From a virus: DNA of 64,000 bases. Positions 10,801 to 19,606 of this stretch are shown here, one piece after another (the first letter of the stretch is position 1; each line of letters opens with the position of its first letter). A model generated the notes under the pieces. That model worked only from the letters and a program-made list of their open reading frames with translations, did no database searches and had not been told where the DNA came from. Location of the stretch: positions 2,416 through 66,415 of IMG/VR virus record IMGVR_UViG_3300005293_000009; one strand, written 5' to 3'. The translations under genes were made by a program, and so were the position numbers.

Positions 10801-10917
10801 GGACAGGAAATTATGCTCGCTCCGGGTATGCTGTTCTGGAAGAAGAATGGTGTGGAGGTTCCTGTGGGTATCGCGCGTAAGACAAACGGTATCGAGCAGC
10901 CGTACTGGACTATTTAG
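4894..10917 (+). CDS. Large tail fibre/minor tail protein with ~22-aa S/T/G/V repeats and a LamG/ConA-like domain
   Basis: 2007 aa; repeated G-x-V-x-V-x-S-x-V-S-G units; WSHVAVSV...IKLYLNG...VDDFRFF LamG-like signature. Confidence 0.75.
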   Translation: MAVTFVRSHVAEFVKAAGTTDAYALTSLVPAGNLLVMTLVHDNAAVVANSVVSSISKPAGETASWVFLGRAQHPTSTSAGAFANGEMWAIKTTVDWPNATSLTVTYGASITMKAQNILEFSGAEAVLRSTVGTAYTAVAGGVAMASTSGTTPVVGDLAVGLIFGSNLSAAQSGDNDTTGGAWSSVFGLGSTGGNATTNNFGIGQYKIITTTSHQSFSSPGALTTGNGSIVAILRATPDPVISQAAFRFYEDGTESGSIALAAQNTAPLVNISAGDAVFQLRVRMQETGNGNVPPTDNFQLQFEKNASGTWTNVSPAPGPVMSYDSPRLTNAGATTSRLTGGTGSFAAGEISEGGVVDSLGWAQSGYTELLYSLKLIAADLAPGDTLRFRVLRNGLTTGVTYTQTPTLTAFAGPMPLAGTVAIRSTVPAASLVQDSVVLTPLYPSWSQEFDIKETTVTVPPGYGILVVDLAQFDSGAQVTDLAVNADFPEAVHTSGNYNFWLCAPTPGSVNLWAEYSGGMPYDNAAMVWLVSLNSDGNLPEIYDIDEQYDKTVDVATASKGAVIFVIHSRDGWDFYPEPLPSLVALVPSYIQSSNEGFGFFHALPTPDSGSMAFGVDFSGGWGSTAIGVSLKPAPLAGGGTTHIAAGTIAISSTASGNATVPSVGTTYQVSGTVSGATALTGTATKRTQVTGAVTAVSVSSGSATRVPVTYQASGVKVLTSTVSGTATVVAGAQTYPASGVKVLTSAISGTVSKRTQVSGALAFVSVNSGAAKLTATASGAVVGVSAVSGTLSKTTQAFGTSSAVSSVSGNPNKTTQASGSLSVTTDSTGSATVVSTGTTYQATGSISASSSVSGTVTALKTILAPGTEVRRNLFRNPSPSNSTTHFSSTGSTLSLGVSQYGGLAVSTRTTIGNYRLLDMLTGNTVVAGESYRFQFVFTTTEAMTGIYIYFRPNVTSNTNQVTLWSNGSIASPLSYLQFGTNFTVPAGAGDLTNSGIVIVQSGSTVGSELRVGQVLLERGVSVMSPWFDGDLWDTPQFDFQWVGTPEDSASVALEVGSKIAINSSVYGPPKDAALRAEYGFNEGSGDFIAGEGPDAVTLEGSPPAWYTDGVYGTAFGSATDPDAYFYSSLDAAGLDEFSSTIWLKPHTSIYGGGEIWWGPAALCFTVIDGVASLSYKLRRPTGVTIVVAFDTTIPMFAWSHVAVSVIRPQGAIKLYLNGVLVETKGFSPHSAAGLLYDIEAWLDTVAVDDFRFFEGILTESEVSAYMLQSVGEPPPPLPTSGAIAVTSATDGAVSLQRAAVGVVPSSSSVSGTPTKRSPVAGSVVVLSIASGALTLKTAVSATLPIVSTVSGAPITSAKPVTGTVIAVSAANGAPTTRTQVAGAVASGSAVAGAVASGSAVAGAAPIVSAITGAAGRTTYIGGVISAVTATSGSITNRTQVVGTLPIVSTVAGTAIPPTSINGTVSVVSSSVGIVFASMQVTGAVDIASTANTGFASQNSLIGGTVSTVVGSSGDAIRRAPTAGAVQIVSTVSGVSTKRTPVSGTVPVVSTTTGISKLTGVTSGAITVVSAAAGTSTKTTQAAGTSAIVSEVVGSESLRSAVSSQVNVVSTQTGSVATGSSQNGIVRIYSAVSGAVTATLPIAGSVVITSDVSGEPVKLTSAGGAVGASSAVSGALTKVGPLTSTVGLVSNTSGSIRSLLPTAGTGTIISTGSGAPTKYTQGSGVVTATSTVTGFVVSGNSVVAPSMPIVSSVSGAVTARGTTAGVVPVQVAVTGAPAKRTPVSGAASLTSSVSGAPTKQTQITGTPIQTISGVGGSVLGTLVAGGIVTITSTVIGDTNPPKPVSGAVSVVSTVTGSALRQVPTFGTVSVVSTAQGVPAGTLSATSGPVVVGSGVAGTVALRRVAGGTVAAVSGVLGTVGKVSSVSGTTEITAATFGAATRLVQLAGIVTILSSVVGISSSLETLHVKIAGQEIMLAPGMLFWKKNGVEVPVGIARKTNGIEQPYWTI
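9031..9100 (+). repeat. Exact in-frame 30-bp tandem duplication (VAGAVASGSA x2.3)
   Basis: GTCGCTGGAGCGGTGGCGTCGGGGTCGGCG at 9031 and 9061, with a partial third copy at 9091. Confidence 0.95.
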
Positions 10918-10956
10918 CCGCTTGCGTAGACTCGCAGGATCATGTAGAATCGCGGG

Positions 10957-11574
10957 ATGCGACTACTATACGACCTGGACGGGAACCTCGTCCACTTTGA
11001 TCGAGGCTATGACCTCATCATGAACACGGACTATATCCACCTGACGGACATTCCGCGCTCGCACGAGCAGACGAGCTTCAACCTGTGGGATGGGCGTACG
11101 CCTGAAGAGCAGGAGGCTATTCGTGAAGTCATGAATCGCCCCGGATTCTATCGAGACCTGGACCCGATTGACGGTGCTGTCGATGCGGTCAAGGAAGCGG
11201 TGGCACTCGGACACGAAGTCCACTTCCTGTCGGCACCATGGACCACTAACCCTACCTGTGCGCAGGATAAGTACGACTGGATTGGCAAGCACTTCGGTGA
11301 CGACTGGCGTGACCGCCTGATCCTCGCCAAGGACAAGACCATTGTCTCGGGCGATATCCTGTTCGATGACAAGTACCCGATCCTCAAGAAGGAGCGCGCG
11401 GACTGGACGCAAGTCTTCTTCGATCAGCCATACAACCGCAATGCCGAGGGTCTGCGTATCACATCGTGGCAGACCGACGAGTGGAAGAACATTATCGAAC
11501 TGGTTGCAGAACGGAAGCGTGAAGCGGGCGCACGAGCCGATGAACTAAGTTGGGCAGGGAGCGCACCGTGGTGA
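10957..11574 (+). CDS. 5'(3')-deoxyribonucleotidase (NT5C-type HAD)
   Basis: YDLDG, FLSAPW, DKYDW, KDKT...GDILFDD, QPYN. Confidence 0.85.
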   Translation: MRLLYDLDGNLVHFDRGYDLIMNTDYIHLTDIPRSHEQTSFNLWDGRTPEEQEAIREVMNRPGFYRDLDPIDGAVDAVKEAVALGHEVHFLSAPWTTNPTCAQDKYDWIGKHFGDDWRDRLILAKDKTIVSGDILFDDKYPILKKERADWTQVFFDQPYNRNAEGLRITSWQTDEWKNIIELVAERKREAGARADELSWAGSAPW

Positions 11575-12197
11575 CGCAGGTCGTAGGTATCGGGGGCAAA
11601 CTAGCCTCCGGAAAGGATGCAATCGCTGACCACCTAGTCGAGAAGCACGGCTGGGTAAAGTTCGGCATGAGTGATGCACTCGCTGAAGCGCTGTACACGC
11701 TGGACCCGTACATCCCGCTTCCGACGCGACTCGGCTGGAAGAACCGCTTCACGGCATTCCTCGCTCGTGTATTCCGGGTTCCGCCCCGTAAGGTATTCGT
11801 CAAGTTCAAGTGGCTCTATGACTCCATGGGGTACGTACGCGCCAAGGAGAATGACGAGGTTCGCCGTCTGCTTCAGGTGCTTGGCACCGAGGTCGGTCGG
11901 AAGCAGCTTTCGGACGGTGACCTCTGGACCGGTATAATGGAACGTAAGATCAACAAGGCTGTGGCGGAGGGGGTCCCTGGCGTGATAGTTACCGGAGTCC
12001 GCTTTCCGAATGAACTCGCACTATTCGAGGACATGGACGCGGAAACCTGGTGGGTGGAGCGTCCGAGCCTCAAGTCCACAGTCAATGCAGCCCACGCTAG
12101 CGAAAACAGCGTGAGTGCTGTAGACTTCGAACGAGTGGTCCTGAACGATGGATCGCTGTCAGACCTGTATCGCAAGGCGGATGCCCTTGTGACCTAA
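11571..12197 (+). CDS. Deoxynucleoside monophosphate kinase
   Basis: GKLASGKD P-loop, RRLLQVLGTEVGR, GVRFPNE, HASE. Confidence 0.85.
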   Translation: MTQVVGIGGKLASGKDAIADHLVEKHGWVKFGMSDALAEALYTLDPYIPLPTRLGWKNRFTAFLARVFRVPPRKVFVKFKWLYDSMGYVRAKENDEVRRLLQVLGTEVGRKQLSDGDLWTGIMERKINKAVAEGVPGVIVTGVRFPNELALFEDMDAETWWVERPSLKSTVNAAHASENSVSAVDFERVVLNDGSLSDLYRKADALVT

Positions 12198-12216
12198 GCC
12201 GTAAGGAGGCGCAACC

Positions 12217-12603
12217 ATGGACCAGATTCTTTGCCTACAATACCGTCGTCGTGGCAAGCGCCTCCAGATCATCGTGCTGCCGTACTCATTCAACGTGAGT
12301 GCGGCAGCGCTGATCCGGTTCGTCAGCGCGTACGATGAGAACATCGACCCCATCAAGGGTTGGCGAATGTGGCCGATCACTGGCATGGCTACCACGCTGA
12401 AGATCAACGAACTTCCGGACTTCGAGGCGGATATTGCCGTCACCGAAATCTTCAAGAGTCAGTGGATGGACCCTGAGCGCGTGCGTCTAGAGTCGAAGGG
12501 GCACGCCAACACCGAGTCCTGGGACATGGGCGACCTTGTAGGAGGCCGCGTCCCGCGCCAGCTTCTAACTCGCATCCATGAGCAGGTTGACAACTGGGCC
12601 TGA
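12217..12603 (+). CDS. Hypothetical protein
   Basis: RBS AAGGAGG; ORF. Confidence 0.65.
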   Translation: MDQILCLQYRRRGKRLQIIVLPYSFNVSAAALIRFVSAYDENIDPIKGWRMWPITGMATTLKINELPDFEADIAVTEIFKSQWMDPERVRLESKGHANTESWDMGDLVGGRVPRQLLTRIHEQVDNWA

Positions 12604-12644
12604 CGGGTGTATCGTAGTGGGTACAACGACACCAGAAGGAACCC

Positions 12645-13073
12645 ATGTACGCTATCTACTTCGAATTCGGGCGAGGCGATGATGTCTATCAGTGCCTCTT
12701 CATCCCATCCACGTCCATCGGCGCGCACACGATCAAGCCGACGTTCGCTTACAAGGAACTGACCGCCATACGCTCGCGCCGCGTCTGGGAAGTGAAGACT
12801 AACTCCACGTACCGGCTCTCATCCGAGGTTCCTCGTGACACTGCCGACGTGATGAGTCACGAACTTGACCAGCTTCTCGGCCTCTCCGTCTACATGACGA
12901 GCATTCTCGTTGCTCCCGATTGGGTGATCAAGGGGACATTCCCTGTAGAGGTTTCGACCACCGATCTGCTCGCTCTCAAAGAGAAAGAAGACCGCATGCC
13001 CCCGGACCTGAACGCCCGGATCAAGACCATCCGCGACCAGAAGGGGTTCAGCCCCCTTCCTACGAACCGATGA
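12645..13073 (+). CDS. Hypothetical protein
   Basis: RBS GAAGGA; ATGA overlap with the next gene. Confidence 0.65.
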   Translation: MYAIYFEFGRGDDVYQCLFIPSTSIGAHTIKPTFAYKELTAIRSRRVWEVKTNSTYRLSSEVPRDTADVMSHELDQLLGLSVYMTSILVAPDWVIKGTFPVEVSTTDLLALKEKEDRMPPDLNARIKTIRDQKGFSPLPTNR

Positions 13074-14122
13074 CCGTGGATTGGGCTACCGCAGCGGTAG
13101 CAACAACCGTGGCTGACTACAGCCAGACGGACGGCGGTCGCATCATTGCGTCCCTGTCCGCTGACCACTCCCCGGTTCGTAACGAGCTTGCCCAGCTTCT
13201 CGTGGCGAGCCTCGCTCAGCGGCGTGATGGGACGGCGCATCAGTATCTCGCTGGCATCGCTGGCGACCCCAATGCTGCGCAGGGTGACCCCGATCTGGCT
13301 AAGCCTGGCGTTGACGCGGATCGTCCTCAATACATCCGTCCGAACGGCTCGGTCTACTACGCCCGCCACTGGGGGGACTACTGGGACGTGGACGTGCTCA
13401 AGAAGAGTCGTGACGCGGAGCAGTGGGCACTCCTGCTTGGCCCTCCTGGTACCGGCAAGACCGCCATGACGGAGGCGGCATTCGGTGACGACCTGCTGAC
13501 TGTTGTCATCACCGGAGACACGACCGTGAGCGGTATCGTGGGGGGATTCATTCCGGACGGCATGGGCGGCTACCGCTGGGCGCGTGGTCCGCTTCAGATT
13601 GCAGTCGAAGAGGGTCGTCCGATTCTCATTGACGAAATCCTTCTGGCTAACCCTGTCGTCCTTTCCGTGCTCTACCCCCTCATGGACGGTCGAGGCTTCC
13701 TGGACGTGCAGGAGAACCCCGAGATTGGGATCGTCCACGCCAAGGAAGGCTTCTACATCGTAGGTGCCGCCAACCCGGACGTGCCGGGTGCTAAGATGTC
13801 CGCAGCCCTCGGCTCCCGCTTCCCGATCCATGTGGAAGTGACGACCGACTGGGACCTGGCTAAGGCTCTCGGCGTGGACAACCGCGTGGTGGACGTGCTC
13901 GAAGGCCTGGCGCTCGCAGCTTCCGGTCGCAACTCGTCAATCTCTTGGGCTCCGCAGTTCCGTGAGGCGCTGGCGTTCAAGAGCCTGGAAGAGAAGTTCG
14001 GTCGCAAGTTCGCGATCCACAACCTCATGCGTCTGGTGCCGAAGGCGGACCTGGATGAAGTCACCACCCGCGTAGCTCCGCTGCTCGGCGGTCTCTCGGC
14101 TGTGACACCCGCCAAAATCTAA
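13070..14122 (+). CDS. MoxR/CbbQ/CobS-type AAA+ ATPase
   Basis: Walker A GPPGTGKT, Walker B ILIDE, AANP, ALGSRF. Confidence 0.85.
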   Translation: MTVDWATAAVATTVADYSQTDGGRIIASLSADHSPVRNELAQLLVASLAQRRDGTAHQYLAGIAGDPNAAQGDPDLAKPGVDADRPQYIRPNGSVYYARHWGDYWDVDVLKKSRDAEQWALLLGPPGTGKTAMTEAAFGDDLLTVVITGDTTVSGIVGGFIPDGMGGYRWARGPLQIAVEEGRPILIDEILLANPVVLSVLYPLMDGRGFLDVQENPEIGIVHAKEGFYIVGAANPDVPGAKMSAALGSRFPIHVEVTTDWDLAKALGVDNRVVDVLEGLALAASGRNSSISWAPQFREALAFKSLEEKFGRKFAIHNLMRLVPKADLDEVTTRVAPLLGGLSAVTPAKI

Positions 14123-14257
14123 GCTTCTGGGGGGCGAGCTTCGTCGTTGGACTCGCTCCCCAGATTTCTTTCACATCCGACTTGACAACGGAACAACGAC
14201 ACTGATAGTCTGTAATCACGGCACAGGAAGTGCCCACAACGACAGAAGGAAAAGCTC

Positions 14258-16432
14258 TTGGAACTCGTACAGAACACTGTGACTGTCCAGTCGAACATGC
14301 AGTTCGATGAGACGTTCAAGGTCGGAATCGCGGACGATGACGCGGCAGTCTCGATGGTCATCGAACGCCTCATCAGCGCCTACAAGAACCCGTATCTCGC
14401 CGCTCTCCGCGAGTACACGTCGAACGCCTATGACGAGCACGTAGAGGCTGGCGTCAGCCGCCCGGTCGAGGTCAGCCTCCCGAGCGCACTCTCACCGGTC
14501 CTGAAGGTTCAGGACTTCGGTCGAGGCCTCACCCGCGAAGGCCTGAAGGGCTTCGGCACCATCGGCACGTCCTCCAAGCGTGGCACGAACGAACTGACCG
14601 GTGGCTTCGGTATGGGCTCCAAGTGTGCTCTTGCGGCTGCTCCGACCTTCACGGTCGTGTCCGTCCGTGACGGCAAGCGCAACACGGTGGTCGTGGCTCG
14701 TGACGAGAACAACGTCCCCCACATGAACTTCCTCGCGGAGACTGAGACCACGGACGAGACCGGCACTACGGTCATCATCCCCATTTCGGACGCCAGTAAG
14801 TTCGGTGACCTCACCAACTTCTGGACCGGCTGGAAGCCTGGCACCATCCTGGTCGATGACGAGCAGCCGAAGCGCTCCCTCCACAACCCGGATCAGTATC
14901 GCGCCATGCGGAACGGGATCGCCTACTACGACCTCTCCAACACACCCTCATCGCGTGACGAAGTGCGTGTCGTGATCAACCAGGTCACCTACGAACTGAA
15001 CTACAAGGACCTCGGGCTGACCTACAACCAGCGCGAAATCCTGAAGTACTACGTGGTGCGTCTGGATAACGGCACGGTGGAAATCGCACCGTCTCGTGAA
15101 ACCCTGCTCTACAATGCCCGCACGAAGGCGGCAGTCGAGGCACGTATGGACGCTGTGCTGTCGCTGTCGGCTATCGAGCAGGCGAACGCGATCACGAACG
15201 CTCCTGACATCAAGACGGCGCTGACGCTGCTGGACCGGATGCGGAACAACGGATACCCCACCACAGGTATCAAGTTCAACGGTACCGGAATCGCTCTGCC
15301 GGGTGCGGTCATCAACGGCAACGTTGTCCCGGACGCTATGGGCACCTGGGCTTCCCCCCACCGCGACCACTCCATCAAGACGGGGTGGCGCGTGGACAAG
15401 GAGTTCCGTTCGCTGAGCGGTCGGAAGGTGTGGCTCAACTACGACCACACCAAGTTCGTCATCATCCACAGTGCGGGTGACCCCACCCCGTACGGTCGGG
15501 CCGGTCGCCGGAAGGCTCACCGCGAGGCTTATGGTGTCGCGGAATACCTCTCCACGATTACCCCCGCCTCCGGTCGTGACTGGAACTTCTTCATCACGAG
15601 TGAGCCGCTGAAGCGTGTCAACCGTCACTACCGCGACATGGCTGATGTCATCCTTTCCGCTGACGAGTTCAACGCTGTCGTCAAGACGGTGCGTGCCGAG
15701 GCGGCGAAGGTGGCAAAGGCTGAGAGCGCCGCGAAGAAGGCGAGCCGTAAGCTGGTTGTGCTGGACAACTACTCGTCCTACCGCAACCCGGTCGAAATTC
15801 CTGCGAGCGATATCGCCAGCAACTACGACTACACGATCATCCTGCGCAATCAGGACGGCGGAATGGGTGAGCGCTTCCGCGACTCGCTCATGACGAAGGC
15901 TCACGCAAACCGGACGTGGAACACCGCGCTCGACAAGCTGCGTCGGGAGTTCAAGGTGGCGGTGGTTCTGGTCGGCAAGAATGACAAGATCGATGATCTG
16001 CTGCCGTTCATGCCCCCGGTCACCACGTTCCAGGAGCTTGCCGTCCAGAAGATCAAGGCGAGCTACGCGACCGCCTCGAAGTGGGACCTCATGGCTCAGC
16101 GTGACCGTGACACCGAGTCGGTCGATGTGTTCCGCTACCTCAAGGACCACCACCTTGACCTCATCAACAACAAGAAGACGGTCAAGTGGGCAAAGGCTGT
16201 GCGGGATTACCGTGACACCGGAGCCGAAACTCGTCGTGAGTTTGAATGGCTCTCACACTACAGCACGGAGGTTCGTGACGCCCTGGCGGGGACCCGTTCG
16301 GACGGCATGACGGCTCTCCCTGAGAGCCCCATCAAGCGGTACCCCCTGCTGCGCTCCGTCTACGGACACAGCGCCAAGCCGGAAGATGTCGTAGACTACG
16401 TGAATCTCCGGGACAAGGCCCTCAAGGGTTGA
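14258..16432 (+). CDS. rIIA: rIIA-like protein (GHKL ATPase N-terminus)
   Basis: LREYTSNAYD, QDFGRGL, TSSKR, GGFGMGSK; adjacent to the rIIB-like gene. Confidence 0.85.
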   Translation: MELVQNTVTVQSNMQFDETFKVGIADDDAAVSMVIERLISAYKNPYLAALREYTSNAYDEHVEAGVSRPVEVSLPSALSPVLKVQDFGRGLTREGLKGFGTIGTSSKRGTNELTGGFGMGSKCALAAAPTFTVVSVRDGKRNTVVVARDENNVPHMNFLAETETTDETGTTVIIPISDASKFGDLTNFWTGWKPGTILVDDEQPKRSLHNPDQYRAMRNGIAYYDLSNTPSSRDEVRVVINQVTYELNYKDLGLTYNQREILKYYVVRLDNGTVEIAPSRETLLYNARTKAAVEARMDAVLSLSAIEQANAITNAPDIKTALTLLDRMRNNGYPTTGIKFNGTGIALPGAVINGNVVPDAMGTWASPHRDHSIKTGWRVDKEFRSLSGRKVWLNYDHTKFVIIHSAGDPTPYGRAGRRKAHREAYGVAEYLSTITPASGRDWNFFITSEPLKRVNRHYRDMADVILSADEFNAVVKTVRAEAAKVAKAESAAKKASRKLVVLDNYSSYRNPVEIPASDIASNYDYTIILRNQDGGMGERFRDSLMTKAHANRTWNTALDKLRREFKVAVVLVGKNDKIDDLLPFMPPVTTFQELAVQKIKASYATASKWDLMAQRDRDTESVDVFRYLKDHHLDLINNKKTVKWAKAVRDYRDTGAETRREFEWLSHYSTEVRDALAGTRSDGMTALPESPIKRYPLLRSVYGHSAKPEDVVDYVNLRDKALKG

Positions 16433-16486
16433 CAACCAAAACCGTTACTGCTAGACTGGCAGTAATCCAACGAAAGGACAGCCACC

Positions 16487-17608
16487 GTGGCATTCTATTC
16501 AATTCAGTCCAGCGATGAATTCTCTGGTGCGACCGTCATCTTCCCTGACGGGAGCACGCAGACCATCGCATCGGACAACGCGAACTATGAGACGGTCGTC
16601 AAGGGCCTTCTCGATGGTTCGCTGTCGGACGATCAGCTTCTCGATCTGATCGCCCCCTTCGAAGCGATCTACAAGACGCTGACGAAGCTCTCCGAGCGGG
16701 TCTCCCGCAAGGGTTCCAAGCTCCTGTTCGACGGCGATGTGGTGAGCAGCAAGCTCAGCAACTTCATCATCGAACTCATGAACGAGGGCAAGGACGAGGC
16801 CTGGAAGGCGTACGTGGCCTTCATGGAGAAGCTGTACACCAACCCCTCCGAGCAGTCGCGTGAGCACCTGTTTCACTTCATCGAGGACAACGGCCTCCAG
16901 CTTACGGCAGACGGTGACCTCCTGCTCTACAAGGGCACCAAGGAGGACGGCAAGTCCACCCACGCCGGTTATGGAATCGTAAACGGTGTCGAGTTCCAGA
17001 ACGACTACCTCCAGAACGCGCTCGGCGCTGTCGTGGAGATTCCTCGTTCGCTGGTGGACGAGGATCGTGGCTCGCTCTGCTCGACCGGTCTGCACGTCGG
17101 TGCGTTCGAGTACGTCACCGGCAACTACGTGTCCACCTGGCCGCGCCTGTGGCTCGTGCTGGTCAACCCGCGCGATGTGGTCGCGGTCCCGCACGACTAC
17201 CACTCCAGCAAGATTCGCGTCACGCGCTACGTCGTGGTCGGGGAGCTTGGTGCGACCCGCGAAGCCACGAAGTACGAGGGTCTGATCTGGACGCCCGGTG
17301 ACGTTGCGCCTGAGGCCGACGAGTTCGAAGAGGACGACGAGGACTTCTACGCAGACGAGTACGACGAGGCTGACTACAGCGAGTACGATGAGGATGAGGA
17401 CGAGCCCATTCAGGTTCAGGCTTCTGCCCCGGCTACCGTGGCGAAGTCGGCCACCGACTCGCGTGTCGAAGAGTACAAGAAGGTCATCCGCGATCTGATC
17501 GCTCAGGACCCGAACGTCTCCCTTCGCCGGTACCGCTCGAAGAAGGTCACCGCTGCTCGCCGTGGCGAGTTCAAGCAGGCCGCTGAGGAACTGGGCTTCA
17601 AGCTCTAA
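16487..17608 (+). CDS. rIIB: rIIB-like protein
   Basis: LYTNPS, DGDLLLYK, CSTGLHVG, VNPRDVVAVP. Confidence 0.85.
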   Translation: MAFYSIQSSDEFSGATVIFPDGSTQTIASDNANYETVVKGLLDGSLSDDQLLDLIAPFEAIYKTLTKLSERVSRKGSKLLFDGDVVSSKLSNFIIELMNEGKDEAWKAYVAFMEKLYTNPSEQSREHLFHFIEDNGLQLTADGDLLLYKGTKEDGKSTHAGYGIVNGVEFQNDYLQNALGAVVEIPRSLVDEDRGSLCSTGLHVGAFEYVTGNYVSTWPRLWLVLVNPRDVVAVPHDYHSSKIRVTRYVVVGELGATREATKYEGLIWTPGDVAPEADEFEEDDEDFYADEYDEADYSEYDEDEDEPIQVQASAPATVAKSATDSRVEEYKKVIRDLIAQDPNVSLRRYRSKKVTAARRGEFKQAAEELGFKL

Positions 17609-17618
17609 CATCAGACGG

Positions 17619-17651
17619 AAAGGGTCCGGGCCTTGTGCCTGGACCCTTTTT
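17619..17651 (+). terminator. Rho-independent terminator
   Basis: AAAGGGTCCGGGC...GCCTGGACCCTTTT. Confidence 0.75.
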
Positions 17652-17667
17652 CGTGTACGATAGTACT

Positions 17668-18366
17668 ATGGTTCATCTTGTTTACTACTGCAAAAACCCC
17701 GGCGAAGAGCTACGGTATAGCCTCCGCTCCGCTGCGGCACACGCAAATGTGGATCGGGTCACCATCATCGGGGATGCACCTAGCTGGCTGAAGTATGCCA
17801 AGGTGATCCCAGGGAACCCCACTGCGGATGCTCATGTCAACTCCGTGGCGAACGCGCACATTGCGGCACGGAATTTCAAGGATGAATTCATTCTGTGTAA
17901 TGACGACTTCTACTGGCTGAAGGATGCGCCGGTCGTCTACCCGCGCTGGTTCTTCCGTACGATGACCTCCCACATGGGGCTCTACTCCGATCCGCGATCC
18001 GCGCATTGGAAGAAGCTCTATATGGACACTACAAAGTACCTCACATATAAGCAGGTACCGATGCCGAAGAGCTTTGAGCTACACATTCCGATGCCCGTCC
18101 AGGGTGCCGAGCTTGACCGTATTCTCACGATGTCTGCTGCGGACCCGCACCTAGCTGGGCCGGGACTGTGGCGGTCGCTGTACGGCAACCTAGCGCCGAG
18201 CCTGCGGAATGTTCGGGCTATGCAACGAGACGATGTTAAGCTACACTCAATCAAGGCCCTCTCGCCGGATCAGGATTTCCTGTCCACGGACGAGAAGACC
18301 GCCAAAGACCTACTGCAAATGCTTCGGGATCGGTTCCCGGAGCGCTCACCCTGGGAGAAGCGTTGA
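17668..18366 (+). CDS. Stealth-family-like sugar-phosphate transferase
   Basis: EELRYSLRS and FILCNDDFY match Stealth CR2-type motifs; RFPERSPWEK resembles CR4. Confidence 0.55.
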   Translation: MVHLVYYCKNPGEELRYSLRSAAAHANVDRVTIIGDAPSWLKYAKVIPGNPTADAHVNSVANAHIAARNFKDEFILCNDDFYWLKDAPVVYPRWFFRTMTSHMGLYSDPRSAHWKKLYMDTTKYLTYKQVPMPKSFELHIPMPVQGAELDRILTMSAADPHLAGPGLWRSLYGNLAPSLRNVRAMQRDDVKLHSIKALSPDQDFLSTDEKTAKDLLQMLRDRFPERSPWEKR

Positions 18367-18566
18367 ACGTATCGGCTCGCGAAGAAGCACTAGCTAAGGA
18401 ACTGTACACTCAGGACATGGGTGTCCACCAGGGGGAGTTCGTTCCCTGGGAGCAGCAGATCGAGAAAGTGCGAGACAGCTACCGCCGTCAGGCTATGAAG
18501 GTCGTCAACTCCAAGTGGTTCAAGCACCAGCTAGACAAGGCGTTCTATCGAGGCAAAGCTGCATGA
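18363..18566 (+). CDS. Hypothetical protein
   Basis: Overlapping start/stop with neighbours. Confidence 0.55.
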   Translation: MNVSAREEALAKELYTQDMGVHQGEFVPWEQQIEKVRDSYRRQAMKVVNSKWFKHQLDKAFYRGKAA

Positions 18567-18949
18567 AGCGTATCCTGATTACCGGCGCACGAGAATGGCA
18601 GGATGAGAATGCTGTTCAAGATGCTATCTTCGAGTGGGTCTATTTCAACTCCCCGGAACCCGAAGAGATAGTTGTGGTGCACGGTGATGCTGCACGCGGT
18701 GCGGATCGTATGGCGCGCGACTTCGCTCGCGCCTGTGACTGGATCACGGAAGAGGCGCACCCGGCTGACTGGTCATGGGGCAACGGCGGCGGGGCTCTGC
18801 GGAACATTCATATGGTGAGCCTAGGCGCGGACGTGTGCCTGGCGTTCATCCGGGGGAAGTCTGCGGGAACCAGACATTGTGCTGGTGAGGCGGCAAAAGC
18901 AGGCATCCCCGTAATCCGCTATGTTGACAACCCGGACGAAGAGGCATAG
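18563..18949 (+). CDS. SLOG/YspA-like (DUF2493-type) protein
   Basis: ILITGAR, VVHGDAARGAD, HPADW, RNIHMV, SAGT. Confidence 0.75.
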   Translation: MKRILITGAREWQDENAVQDAIFEWVYFNSPEPEEIVVVHGDAARGADRMARDFARACDWITEEAHPADWSWGNGGGALRNIHMVSLGADVCLAFIRGKSAGTRHCAGEAAKAGIPVIRYVDNPDEEA

Positions 18950-18985
18950 ACTGGAGGCTCCTTCAACAACGACTAGGAGCAAGAC

Positions 18986-19378
18986 TTGACATTCTTCGAC
19001 ACCGACACTAAGGTGGAAACCGTGACCTCAGATAATTACATCGACGTGAAGTGGGAGTACACCGGCCTCCCAGATGAGAACGGCCTTCGCCTTCGCACTC
19101 GCGATGTGTGGTACGCCACAAAGCCGACCGTCCCAGAATTCCATGTCGTAGACAAAGACGACGCGCCGGTTCCTGACCATGAGGTCGTCGTGGATACCGC
19201 GTGGACCATCGGCAAGGCGGGCCTCAACAACATCATCATCATCTGCGACCGCGATGACATCAACGGACTTCGCGCCCTGCTGAACTCGCTCGAATCCGAG
19301 TTCGACCGCCGCGATATGGACAAGCTGCACGCGCAGTTCAATGACGCCGACGAAGAGAGCGACAACAACGATGTCTGA
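18986..19378 (+). CDS. Hypothetical protein
   Basis: RBS AGGAG, TTG start. Confidence 0.6.
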   Translation: MTFFDTDTKVETVTSDNYIDVKWEYTGLPDENGLRLRTRDVWYATKPTVPEFHVVDKDDAPVPDHEVVVDTAWTIGKAGLNNIIIICDRDDINGLRALLNSLESEFDRRDMDKLHAQFNDADEESDNNDV

Positions 19379-19429
19379 GTCTCGGAAGCCGACCTTGACA
19401 AGCGGGACAAGGGCCTGTAAGCTACAGGT

Positions 19430-19606
19430 ATGAACAAGTTCCGCGACAAGATCGCACACGCCGTGTCCAACTGGGTGCTGAACCATATCGCCACGGAAGA
19501 CTACCGTGAGAAGCTGGAGTTCATCATCGTCCTCGGCATGAATGAGCTTGAGCAGCGCGCTCAGGACGAGCGTGAATACATCGCATGGAAGAAGGGCCAG
19601 GCATGA
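19430..19606 (+). CDS. Small hypothetical protein (58 aa, not in ORF track)
   Basis: TTGACA-17-TAAGCT-6-ATG; MNKFRDKIAHAV...; ATGA overlap with the next gene. Confidence 0.65.
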   Translation: MNKFRDKIAHAVSNWVLNHIATEDYREKLEFIIVLGMNELEQRAQDEREYIAWKKGQA

